From an uncultured Acidobacteriota bacterium (GTDB lineage Bacteria > Acidobacteriota > Thermoanaerobaculia > UBA5066 > DATFVB01), in assembly GCA_963813155.1 (NCBI GenBank), contig CAWEYG010000002.1, positions 736,001 to 800,000 on the forward strand: a stretch of 64,000 nucleotides of DNA, given 5' to 3'. This document shows, one piece after another, positions 44,687 through 53,194 of the stretch; positions within the stretch are counted from its first letter, which is position 1; each line of letters begins with the position of its first letter. A program made the translations under genes and the position numbers. The notes under the pieces are model-generated. The model had not been told where the DNA came from and ran no database searches. It was given only the letters and a program-made list of their open reading frames with translations.

Positions 44687-46750
44687 AAATCCTGCGTCTC
44701 GCTCTGGTCGCCGGCGCGACCCTCGCCATCTCGAGTGTCGCCTCGATCTCCGCGGCTTCTGACTCCTCCGCGCTCGCCGCGCAGGGCCGGGCGCCGAAAG
44801 GCGTCGAGCTCGGCGACCTGGACCGCACCGCGGAGCCGTGCACGGACTTCTACGCTTTCGCCAACGGCGCCTGGCGCGCCGCGAACCCCATTCCGGCCGG
44901 AACGCAGCGCTGGAGCCGGCGCTGGGCCGCGCGCGAGGCGAACCGGCAGCAGTTGAAGGCCCTCCTGGAGGAGCTGGCCGCGAAGACGGACCGGACCACC
45001 GGAAGGCCCGATCCAGCCGAGCGCCAGCTCGGCGACTACTACGCCGCGTGCATGAACGAGCCCGCGATCGAGGCCGCGGGCGTGACGCCGCTGGCCCCGT
45101 TGCTCGCCGACATCGCAGACGTCCGGGATATCGCCGGCGTCCAGCGCATGATCCGAAAGCTCCACGAGCTGGCGATTCCGGCGCCGTTCGCGCTCACCGG
45201 CGCCTCGGACTACCGCGACCCCGCCGCCGTCGTCGCAAACATTGCCGCCGGCGGCCTGGGGTTGCCCGACCGGGACGACTACCTGAAGCCCGATGCGCCC
45301 TTCGCGGAGAAGCGCGAAAAGTACCGAGCGCACGTCGCGACCGTCCTGACGCTCGGCGGAGTGTCGGATGCGAGAAAGGCCGCCGACGAAATTCTCGCAC
45401 TCGAGACCCGCCTCGCCGAGGCGAGCCTGGCGCCCGCGGCGGCCGCCGACCCGGCCGGGACCTCGCACAAGATGACCTTCGCGCAGCTCGAGCAAATCGC
45501 TTCGCGCGTGGACTGGGACGGCTATTTCACGCAGGCCGGGCTCCCGCGGATCGACGTCAACGTGACCGAGCCCGCGTTCCTCGAGCGCCTGAACCGCGAG
45601 CTCGAAGCGACGCCCGTGGCGGTGTGGAAGGCCTACCTCGCCCTGCAGGTGCTGGAGTCGGCGTCGCCGTGGCTCTCGAAGCCCTTTGCCGACGAGTCCT
45701 TCGCGTTCCGGGACAAGTACCTCGGCGGCGCGACTTCGATCAGGCCCCGCGCGATGCGCTGCCTCGAATCGACCGAGGCGCTGCTCGGAGAGCCTCTCGG
45801 CCGCGCGTACGCGAACCGGTACTTTCCACCCGCCGCGAAGGCGAAGGTCCAGGAGATCGCGCACAACCTGCTGGCGGTCCTGAAGGACGACCTCGGCGAG
45901 CTGAAGTGGATGTCCGACGCGACCCGGCGGGAGGCGCTCGCGAAGATCGAGTCCTACGACGTGATGGTGGGCTACCCCGACACGCCCACCGACTACCTCG
46001 GCGCTCGCCATTCGCCGCGACGCGTTCTGGGCCGACGTCGCCGCGGCCCGGCGCTTCGGCGTCGAGATCGACCGCAAGCGCGTCGGACAGCGCACGAGCC
46101 GAACGATCTGGCAACTGCCGCCGTCGTCGCCCGACGCGTACATCGACGTCCAGCTCAACCTGATGGCGCTGCCGGCCGGCTTCCTGCAGCCGCCGGCGTT
46201 CGACCTCGCGGCGTCGGACGCGGTCAATTACGGCGCGATCGGCATCGGAATCGCGCACGACCTCACGCACGCGATCGACGCCCTGGGCAGGGACTTCGAC
46301 TCCACCGGGCAGGCGCGGAACTGGTGGGCGCAGGCGGATCTCGACGCGTTCCAGAGAGTCGGCCAGTGCACCGTCGATCAATACGACGGCTACGCGATCG
46401 AGCCGGGCGTTCACCTGCAGGGGAAACAGGTCTTGGGCGAGGCGCTCGGCGACCTCGCGGGCGTGCGCCTGGCGTACCGGGCCCTCCAGCGATCGATGCA
46501 GAAGCACCGGCTGCCGGACATCGGCGGCTTCACCCCCGAGCAGCAGTTCTTCATCGCCTGGGACCAGTTCCGCGGGGCCGAAGAGAGTCTCGAGCTCCAG
46601 CGCCAGATGGCGAAGGGAGACCCGCACCCGACCGCGCGGTACAGGATCATCGGGCCGCTGTCGAACTCGCCGGAGTTCCAGAAGGCCTTCGACTGCGGGG
46701 ACGGGTCGCCCATGGTGCGGCCGCCCGAGAAGAGGTGCACAGTCTGGTAG
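44683..46750 (+). CDS. M13 (neprilysin/PepO-like) metallopeptidase, frameshift near 45996, zinc motif HDLTH
   Basis: Signal peptide, PCTDFYAFANG, GLGLPDRDDY, VGYPD; C-terminal part NYGAIG..IAHDLTH, GEALGDLAG, DPHP, FDC...M....RCTVW. One extra C joins the two frames. Confidence 0.85.
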
Positions 46751-46763
46751 CCTTACCGCCGCT

Positions 46764-47306
46764 TCAACGAGTCTCCGTTCCAAACTGCTTCGCGTACTCG
46801 GCGTTGAGCCGCTGCCAGCCGCCGAACTTCATCGTCTCGGTGCCGGCGAAGCGGCCGATGGGATCTCCGCCGAGGAGGTGATCCAGAACGTCGAAGCAAA
46901 TGTGCCATCCGGCGGCGCCCATCGAGATGAACCGGCGATCGATGTTCGTCCACAGCGTCAGGCGCGTGCCGCCACCGAGAGCCTCGAGGTTCCACCGCAT
47001 GTCGATGCCGCCCCAGTTGTACTCCAGCCGTCTCGGAGCGTCGGCTCGCGTCACCCTGGTTTCGGAAACCTGCGGCGTGGGCGCGGCCACGGTCGTGAGA
47101 TTCACCGTGGCGCCGACGGTACCGAGGCTCCCATCGGCCTCAAACGGGGCCCACTCGCGCAGGTGCGCGGGTTCGGTCAGCGCCTGCCAGACTTTTTCCG
47201 GCGGATGGCGCAGTTCTCGGACGAGGACGAGCGCCCACTTGTCCCCGTCCTTTTCCACCCGCGCCCCGCTGGCGGGACCCGGTACGTATTGCTCGCGGTC
47301 GGTCAT
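46764..47306 (-). CDS. SRPBCC (Aha1/START-like) domain protein
   Basis: LVRELRHPPEKVWQALT...W, GGTRLTL, AAGWHICFD; overlaps the ArsR stop by 4 nt. Confidence 0.88.
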   Translation of the reverse strand: MTDREQYVPGPASGARVEKDGDKWALVLVRELRHPPEKVWQALTEPAHLREWAPFEADGSLGTVGATVNLTTVAAPTPQVSETRVTRADAPRRLEYNWGGIDMRWNLEALGGGTRLTLWTNIDRRFISMGAAGWHICFDVLDHLLGGDPIGRFAGTETMKFGGWQRLNAEYAKQFGTETR

Positions 47307-47653
47307 CGTTTCCTCCTTGTCTTCTTTTTCGCTTTCGTTGTTGTCGCAGGATCCACTCGGTCGAGGTGGCGTTCGAGAGCATCGAGGTGAGCGGACCAGA
47401 GCCGGCGAAACGGAGCGAGCCACGCCTCGACCTCCTGAAGGGGTTCGAGCTTCAGCCGGTAGAGACGGCGCTGAGCGTCGATTCGGAACTCCACGAAACC
47501 GGCCTCTCGCAGCACCCGCAGGTGCTTCGACACCGTCGGCTGCGCCATGCGAAGCCGACGCTCGATCTCCCCCACCGACTGCTGCGACGAGACGAGCAGA
47601 CCCAGGATCGCCCGGCGATTCGGCTCGGCAATGACTTCGAAAACCGATTCCAT
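47303..47653 (-). CDS. ArsR/SmtB family transcriptional regulator
   Basis: FEVIAEPNRRAIL.LL, QPTVSKHLRVLREAGFV, QRRLYRL. Confidence 0.92.
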   Translation of the reverse strand: MESVFEVIAEPNRRAILGLLVSSQQSVGEIERRLRMAQPTVSKHLRVLREAGFVEFRIDAQRRLYRLKLEPLQEVEAWLAPFRRLWSAHLDALERHLDRVDPATTTKAKKKTRRKR

Positions 47654-47670
47654 GGCTTATATATACTACA

Positions 47671-47689
47671 ACACGTATATACGTGTCAA
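47671..47689 (-). promoter_or_regulatory. Operator palindrome overlapping the -35 box of the arsR-SRPBCC operon
   Basis: Perfect 16 bp palindrome ACACGTATATACGTGT (47671-47686) overlapping TTGACA (47689-47684, minus strand). Confidence 0.75.
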
Positions 47690-47738
47690 GGCACATATTA
47701 ACGTAAAAAGCCTGTCACCGGTTGCGGCGCAGACTTCT

Positions 47739-48548
47739 TCAGAACGCCGACGTATCCGAAAAGCTCGCCTGGGAATCCTGCGGGTTCGTATAGGTCTTGA
47801 CCAATCCCGTCTGGGTGTCGGTGATCGTGATCGTGTACTGAACGTTTGTGAGTGCCCCGTAAAAGACCCAGAAGTGTCCGTTGATCACCCTCGCATCGAG
47901 GATTTTAATGACGAGTTCGACGTTGCTGCTCGTAAAGAACCAGAACGAGCCGGTGTCGGAAGTCAGGGCAGTCGCGGTTCCGTTTCCCTGCGTGCCCTCA
48001 TGCACGGCATCCCAGGCCACCTGGACTCTGAATCGATCCGAGCCGACGCAGAGCGTCGTGGGGTCGGTAATAACAGAGCAGCCGTTCGGGTTCTTGACGC
48101 CGGTCATGTTGAGGGTGTAAGGGCCGGTCGGATGATTTGCGTCGACGCCCCGTACCCGGCAGAGATAGAACGCGTCCTTGGGGGCCTGAAACTTCACGAT
48201 CGCGAGGTTGACCTCATTGTCGCGTGCCAGCGCGGTTCCCGTCTGATAATCCAGAATCAAGAGAAGCACGCTGCCGAGCGCGGGAGCCTTGAGGGTCAGG
48301 TTGATGTTCGTTCCGGCCGCCGCAAAAAAGAGATAGTCATCCCCGAAACCCGACCCGAACGCGCAGTCCGAGGTCGTCAGTGCTCCGCTGATCGTTGTGT
48401 TGAGATTCACGGGGGTGTAGGCGCAGGACACGACCGTCTCGAGCTGTTCGCCAAAAGGGGTCGGCGAGATCGTAGCCCCGAATCCGTGGGCCGCCATCAG
48501 CCCGACGATCACCTGAAAGATCCAGACGCGGCGAGTACGGGTGTTCAT
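47739..48548 (-). CDS. Exported protein with PPC-like domain and a conserved C-terminal 'RFRVQVAW...FWFF..NVELVIKILD' domain
   Basis: Signal peptide, D.Y.F.AAAG/GPYTL PPC-like region, C-terminal TLCVGSDRF...DTSAF; RBS GAAGGAG. Confidence 0.75.
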   Translation of the reverse strand: MNTRTRRVWIFQVIVGLMAAHGFGATISPTPFGEQLETVVSCAYTPVNLNTTISGALTTSDCAFGSGFGDDYLFFAAAGTNINLTLKAPALGSVLLLILDYQTGTALARDNEVNLAIVKFQAPKDAFYLCRVRGVDANHPTGPYTLNMTGVKNPNGCSVITDPTTLCVGSDRFRVQVAWDAVHEGTQGNGTATALTSDTGSFWFFTSSNVELVIKILDARVINGHFWVFYGALTNVQYTITITDTQTGLVKTYTNPQDSQASFSDTSAF

Positions 48549-48758
48549 TGTGGCTCCTTCATTGGCGGGTCGCGATGTGTTTGAATCAAGACCTAAGCGT
48601 TTATTGTACTCCTGTGCTCCGTGATGATTCTCGGCTCTGAGGCGAATTCCTTCCGCGATCAAGACGCTCGCGCAAGCACCCGGCCCACTCGCTGAGGAAG
48701 CTGGCGTTGAGGTGATTTTCGTCCGTCGCATCACCGATCACTAGGTTGTTGAGGGGAT

Positions 48759-48833
48759 TGGCTCCTCAGGTAGGATTTGAACCTACAACCCTCCGGTTAA
48801 CAGCCGGATGCTCTACCGTTGAGCTACTGAGGA
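48759..48833 (-). tRNA. tRNA-Asn(GTT)
   Basis: TCCTCAGTAGCTCAACGGTAGAGCA-TCCGG-CTGTTAA-CCGGA-GGGTTGTAGGTTCAAATCCTACCTGAGGAGCCA. Confidence 0.96.
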
Positions 48834-49986
48834 ACAGGCAGACAAAGAACGAATCCCGAACGATAACGAGGCGCGGGAGCGGTGTCAAATGCTGGCGGCT
48901 GTCGCGGCGAGCCCCGCACACACTTTTCGGCTCCTCAGAACCGCCTGCGCGCCGACGGCCGCTCCTCGGCCCGCTGGTCTTGACGAACTCCTCGTAGCTC
49001 GCGACTTCTTCCTTCGACCCGATCGCGAGCGGACAGCGGTCGTGGAAGCTCTCCGGCACGACGTCCAGAACGTTCTTCGTCCCCGTGGAGGCCCGGCCGC
49101 CCGCCTGCTCCGCGACGAGCGCGAGCGGATGGCACTCGTACAGGACGCGGAGTTTTCCGTTCGGCTTCTTCGGGTCGGAGCTGTCCTCCGGGTAAAGGTA
49201 GATCCCGCCCTGGTGGAGGATCCGGTGGAAATCGCCGACGAGCGAGGCGGAGTAGCGCGTCGCGTGCGCGTTGCCGGTCTTCGGGTCGGGGGTTTTCAGG
49301 TTCTCGACGAATTTTCTGACTCCGGGGCGCCAGAAGCCGGAATTGCCTTCGTTGACGGCATAGGCCTTGCCCGACTTCGGCATCTCCACCCGGTCCTGCG
49401 CGAGATAGAACTCGCCCGTCTCCCCGTCCAGCGTGAAGATCGCGACCCCGTTGCCCGCCGTGAAGACGAGCTGCGTCGCGGGGCCGTACAGCAGGTAACC
49501 CGCCGCGACCTGCTCGCGCCCGGAGGTCAGCAGCTCGCTCGCGTCGGACCCGGTGCGGCGGCGGATTCCGAAGATCGTGCCGAGCGTCCCGTTCACGTCG
49601 AGGTTCGCGGAGCCGTCGATGGGATCGAAGCAGATCGTGTAGTGCCCCTGCTCGAGGCTTCTCGTGAGCGCCGCCGGCTCGTCCATTTCCTCGGAAGCCG
49701 CGAGCGTGACGATCGAGCCGTACTGAAGGTGGTGGAGGAAGATCTGGTTCGCGAAGACGTCGAGCTTCTCCTGCCGTTCCCCGTAGACGTTCGAAGTGCG
49801 GGCGTACCCGGTTTCGCCCGTGAGCGTCGAGCGGCGCAGCCGGCTCGCGATGATCTTGCCGCACAGCGCGATGCGGTTGAGCAGGTCGGTGAATTCTCCC
49901 GTCGCGCCGGCGTGCGACTTCTGGTTCTCGATCAGGTACTGCGTCAGCGTGACCTGCGTCGGGCCCGGCGGCGTCTTTTCGGCCAT
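48766..49986 (-). CDS. fbp: Class 1 fructose-1,6-bisphosphatase (homology ends near 48980; ORF runs on into the tRNA)
   Basis: NVYGERQEKLDV, ASEE, FDPIDGS, GYLLYGP, KLRVLYECHP, EQAGG. Confidence 0.92.
   Translation of the reverse strand: MAEKTPPGPTQVTLTQYLIENQKSHAGATGEFTDLLNRIALCGKIIASRLRRSTLTGETGYARTSNVYGERQEKLDVFANQIFLHHLQYGSIVTLAASEEMDEPAALTRSLEQGHYTICFDPIDGSANLDVNGTLGTIFGIRRRTGSDASELLTSGREQVAAGYLLYGPATQLVFTAGNGVAIFTLDGETGEFYLAQDRVEMPKSGKAYAVNEGNSGFWRPGVRKFVENLKTPDPKTGNAHATRYSASLVGDFHRILHQGGIYLYPEDSSDPKKPNGKLRVLYECHPLALVAEQAGGRASTGTKNVLDVVPESFHDRCPLAIGSKEEVASYEEFVKTSGPRSGRRRAGGSEEPKSVCGARRDSRQHLTPLPRLVIVRDSFFVCLFLSSSTVEHPAVNRRVVGSNPT
48860..48888 (-). promoter_or_regulatory. sigma70 promoter of tRNA-Asn
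   Basis: TTGACA-17 nt-TATCGT on the minus strand, 26 nt upstream of the tRNA. Confidence 0.75.
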
Positions 49987-50021
49987 GACATTCCCCCCGT
50001 TTCTGCGAAAGAATATCCCGG

Positions 50022-50546
50022 ATGACCGACTTCGTCCGCGACTTCGACCCCGTAGACTCCGACGGCGCGCTGCGGATCGTCATCGACACGCCGAAGGGGA
50101 ACCGCAACAAGTACAAATGGGACGAAGAGCTCGGCCTGTTCCGGCTGACGAAGATCCTGCCGCCAGGGTTCGCGTTTCCGTGGAACTATGGTTTCCTGCC
50201 CAGGACGCGTTCCGACGACGGCGATCCGCTCGACGCGATCGTGTTCATGGAAGAGCCCGCCTTCTGCGGATGCGTGATCCTCGCCCGGGTGCGCGGCGTG
50301 ATCGCGATGGAGTCCGACGGAGACCGCAACGACCGCATCCTCGCCTCGCCGGCCGGCGAGCACGAGGACCGGATTTACGAGACCCGCCTTCCCGACCGGC
50401 TGTTCGAGGAAATCGGCGTCTTCTTCGAGGGATACCACCGCCTCCGCGGCGAGACGACGAAGACGCTGTCGCGAGGCGGCCCGGAAGAGGCGATGCGGGT
50501 GATCGAAGAGGCGCGGAGAAATTACCAAACCTCACCCCCGGCCTGA
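50022..50546 (+). CDS. ppa: Family I inorganic pyrophosphatase
   Basis: TPKGNRNKY, FPWNYGFLPRT, DGDPLD, FFEGY. Confidence 0.85.
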   Translation: MTDFVRDFDPVDSDGALRIVIDTPKGNRNKYKWDEELGLFRLTKILPPGFAFPWNYGFLPRTRSDDGDPLDAIVFMEEPAFCGCVILARVRGVIAMESDGDRNDRILASPAGEHEDRIYETRLPDRLFEEIGVFFEGYHRLRGETTKTLSRGGPEEAMRVIEEARRNYQTSPPA

Positions 50547-50617
50547 CGGCCACCCCCTCCCGCGTTTACCAGTCTTCTGAAGGGCTGCCAGCTGGAGAGG
50601 GGGAAGGGGGGTGAGGT
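50529..50617. repeat. CCTCACCCCC...GGGGGTGAGG palindromic (REP-like) element
   Basis: ACCTCACCCCC (50529-50539) and GGGGGTGAGGT (50607-50617) inverted arms, with inner CCCCCTC/GAGGGGG, between convergent ppa and typA. Confidence 0.7.
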
Positions 50618-52441
50618 CTACTCGACGGCTTCGACCTTCTTGTTCGCCACCTTGCGCTGCGAGTGATCGAGGATCTCCTTGCGCAGGCGGATCGACTTCG
50701 GCGTGACCTCGACGAGCTCGTCTTCCTCGATCCACTCGATCGCGGCTTCCAGACCCATGGGGCGCGGCGGGGTGAGCTTGATCGCCATGTCCGAGCCGGA
50801 GGCGCGCATGTTCGTCAGGTGCTTCTTCTTGTTCGGGTTGACGACCATGTCCGACTCGCGCGCGTTTTCCCCGATGACCTGACCCAGGTACGTCGGAACG
50901 CCGGGCGCGACGAACAGGATGCCCCGCTCCTCGAGGCCCTCCAGCGAGTACCCGGTCGTCTCGCCGGGTTCGAGCACGATCATCGCGCCGCGTCCGCGGG
51001 GGGCGACGTCGCCCTTCCACGGCTGGTACGAGTGAAAGACGTGCGAGAGGATGCCCGATCCGCGAGTCGATGTCAGGAACTCGTTCCGGAACCCGAACAG
51101 GCCGCGCGTCGGAATGAGGAACTCGATTCGGACGCGGCCGTTGGCGGGAGTCGCCATGACCTGCATCTCCGCGCGGCGGGAGCCGAGCTTCTCGATGACC
51201 GCCCCCATCGATTCTTCGGGAACGTCGACGACGAGGAGCTCGACCGGCTCGCTCAACTTTCCGTTCACTTCCTTCGTGATGACGTGCGGGCGCGAGAGCG
51301 CGAACTCGTAGCCCTCGCGGCGCATCGTCTCGATCAGGATCGCGAGGTGCAGCTCGCCGCGGCCGGACACGCGGAACGCGTCCGGCTCCTCGGTGTCCTC
51401 GACGCGCAGCGCGACGTTCGTCCGCAGCTCCCGGTCGAGGCGCTCCTTCAGGTGGCGGCTCGTGACGTACTTGCCTTCGGTTCCCGCGAACGGCGAATCG
51501 TTGACCCGGAACCGCATCGAGACGGTCGGTTCGTCGACCGCGATGACCGGCAGCGCCTCGGGGTGCTCCAGGTCGGCGATCGTCTCGCCGATCGTGACGT
51601 CGTCGAATCCCGCGATGACGACGATCTCGCCGGCCGGCGCCTCCGTGATTTCCACCCGCTTCATGCCCTCGAAGGCGAGGAGCTTCGTGACGCGCCCCTT
51701 CGCGGTCGTCCCGTCGAGACGGCAGACCGCGTAGTCCTTGCCGGACTGGATCCGGCCGCGAACGATTCGTCCGATCGCGAGGCGCCCCAGGTAGTTGTCG
51801 TAGTCGAGAGACGCGACGAGGATCTGGAGCGGCTCGTCGGGATCCCCGGACGGCTCGGCGACTTCCATGACGACGGTGTCGAGGAGAGGTTTGACGTCGC
51901 CGTCGGTGTGGTCGATCTCCCGGCGCGCGAAGCCGACCTTCGCGGACGTGTACACGATCGGAAAATCGAGCTGGGAGTCCGTCGCCCCGAGGTCGATCAT
52001 CAGCGTGAAGACCTCGTCGACGACCTGGTGCGGACGAGCCTCCGGACGGTCGATCTTGTTGATGACGACGATCGGCTTGAGCGAGAGCTCCAGCGCCTTG
52101 CGCAGCACGAACCGCGTCTGCGGCATCGGGCCGTCGGCCGCGTCGACGACGAGCAGCACCGCGTCGACCATCTTCAGGATGCGTTCGACCTCGCCCCCGA
52201 AGTCGGCGTGGCCGGGCGTGTCGACGATGTTGATCTTGACGCCCTTGTAGCGGATCGCGGCGTTCTTCGCGAGAATCGTGATGCCGCGCTCGCGCTCGAG
52301 CTCGTTGGTGTCCATGGCGCGCTCCGCCATGTGCTCGTTCTCGCGGAACGTGCCGGACTGCTTGAGCATGCAGTCGACGAGCGTCGTTTTGCCGTGGTCG
52401 ACGTGCGCGATGATCGCGATGTTTCGCAGGTCCTTGGGCAT
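50618..52441 (-). CDS. typA: Translational GTPase TypA/BipA
   Basis: [57 protein letters not shown]. Confidence 0.97.
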   Translation of the reverse strand: MPKDLRNIAIIAHVDHGKTTLVDCMLKQSGTFRENEHMAERAMDTNELERERGITILAKNAAIRYKGVKINIVDTPGHADFGGEVERILKMVDAVLLVVDAADGPMPQTRFVLRKALELSLKPIVVINKIDRPEARPHQVVDEVFTLMIDLGATDSQLDFPIVYTSAKVGFARREIDHTDGDVKPLLDTVVMEVAEPSGDPDEPLQILVASLDYDNYLGRLAIGRIVRGRIQSGKDYAVCRLDGTTAKGRVTKLLAFEGMKRVEITEAPAGEIVVIAGFDDVTIGETIADLEHPEALPVIAVDEPTVSMRFRVNDSPFAGTEGKYVTSRHLKERLDRELRTNVALRVEDTEEPDAFRVSGRGELHLAILIETMRREGYEFALSRPHVITKEVNGKLSEPVELLVVDVPEESMGAVIEKLGSRRAEMQVMATPANGRVRIEFLIPTRGLFGFRNEFLTSTRGSGILSHVFHSYQPWKGDVAPRGRGAMIVLEPGETTGYSLEGLEERGILFVAPGVPTYLGQVIGENARESDMVVNPNKKKHLTNMRASGSDMAIKLTPPRPMGLEAAIEWIEEDELVEVTPKSIRLRKEILDHSQRKVANKKVEAVE

Positions 52442-52536
52442 CTTCCGAGAGGCTCCTTCCCGGCTCGCGGCCGAACCGGGAAGGATATCGCATTTTGGCG
52501 GCAGGATCGAACCCGCTCCGGTGCTAGATTTCGAGG

Positions 52537-53160
52537 ATGGAATCCGATCGCCTGCCCCCGCACCAGGTTCGGACGGAAAAGTGGCCGGTGCTGACCTATG
52601 GTGCGGTCCCGAAAGTCGACCTCTCGACATGGACGCTGCGCGCGTTCGGGCTCGTCGAGACGGAGATCTCCTGGACCTGGGAAGAGTTTCTCCGCCTGCC
52701 CCGCGTGGAAACCGTGTCCGACATCCATTGCGTCACGCACTGGAGCCGCTTCGACAACCGGTGGGAGGGGGTCGCGATCCGCGAGGTCCTGTCCCGCTGC
52801 CGCCCGAAGCCGGAGGCGTCGGCGGTGACGATCCATTCCGAAGGCGGGTACACGACGAACCTCCTCCTCGCCGAGCTCGACGACGACGGCGTTCTCCTCG
52901 CGACGAAACACGACGGCCGCGACCTGGCGCCGGAGCACGGCGGACCGTGCCGGCTCGTCGTCCCGAAGCTCTACTTCTGGAAGAGCGCGAAATGGATTCG
53001 CGCGATCGAGTTCCTCGACGTCAACCGCCCCGGCTTCTGGGAGGAAAACGGCTACCACATGCGCGCGGATCCCTGGAAAGAGGAGCGCTACTCCGACCAG
53101 GAAACCGACGCGATGCAGCGGATGCGCTCAGAAGCCGCGCGCAAGCTGCGCGGCGCCTGA
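52537..53160 (+). CDS. Sulfite oxidase-like molybdopterin oxidoreductase (YuiH-like)
   Basis: RLPPHQ...[39 protein letters not shown]. Confidence 0.9.
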   Translation: MESDRLPPHQVRTEKWPVLTYGAVPKVDLSTWTLRAFGLVETEISWTWEEFLRLPRVETVSDIHCVTHWSRFDNRWEGVAIREVLSRCRPKPEASAVTIHSEGGYTTNLLLAELDDDGVLLATKHDGRDLAPEHGGPCRLVVPKLYFWKSAKWIRAIEFLDVNRPGFWEENGYHMRADPWKEERYSDQETDAMQRMRSEAARKLRGA

Positions 53161-53194
53161 GCGCAATATCAAGCCGCTCGGCGCCGGAGGGCCC

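Noticed and set aside
43831-46881. 1016-aa ORF as a single giant protein
   Set aside because: It is a composite of non-coding upstream frame, the N-terminal M13 portion and out-of-frame read-through after the frameshift.
48551-48558. TGGCTCCT match to the tRNA-Asn 3' end as an att site
   Set aside because: Only 8 bp, and it coincides with the RBS (AGGAGCCA) of the adjacent gene.
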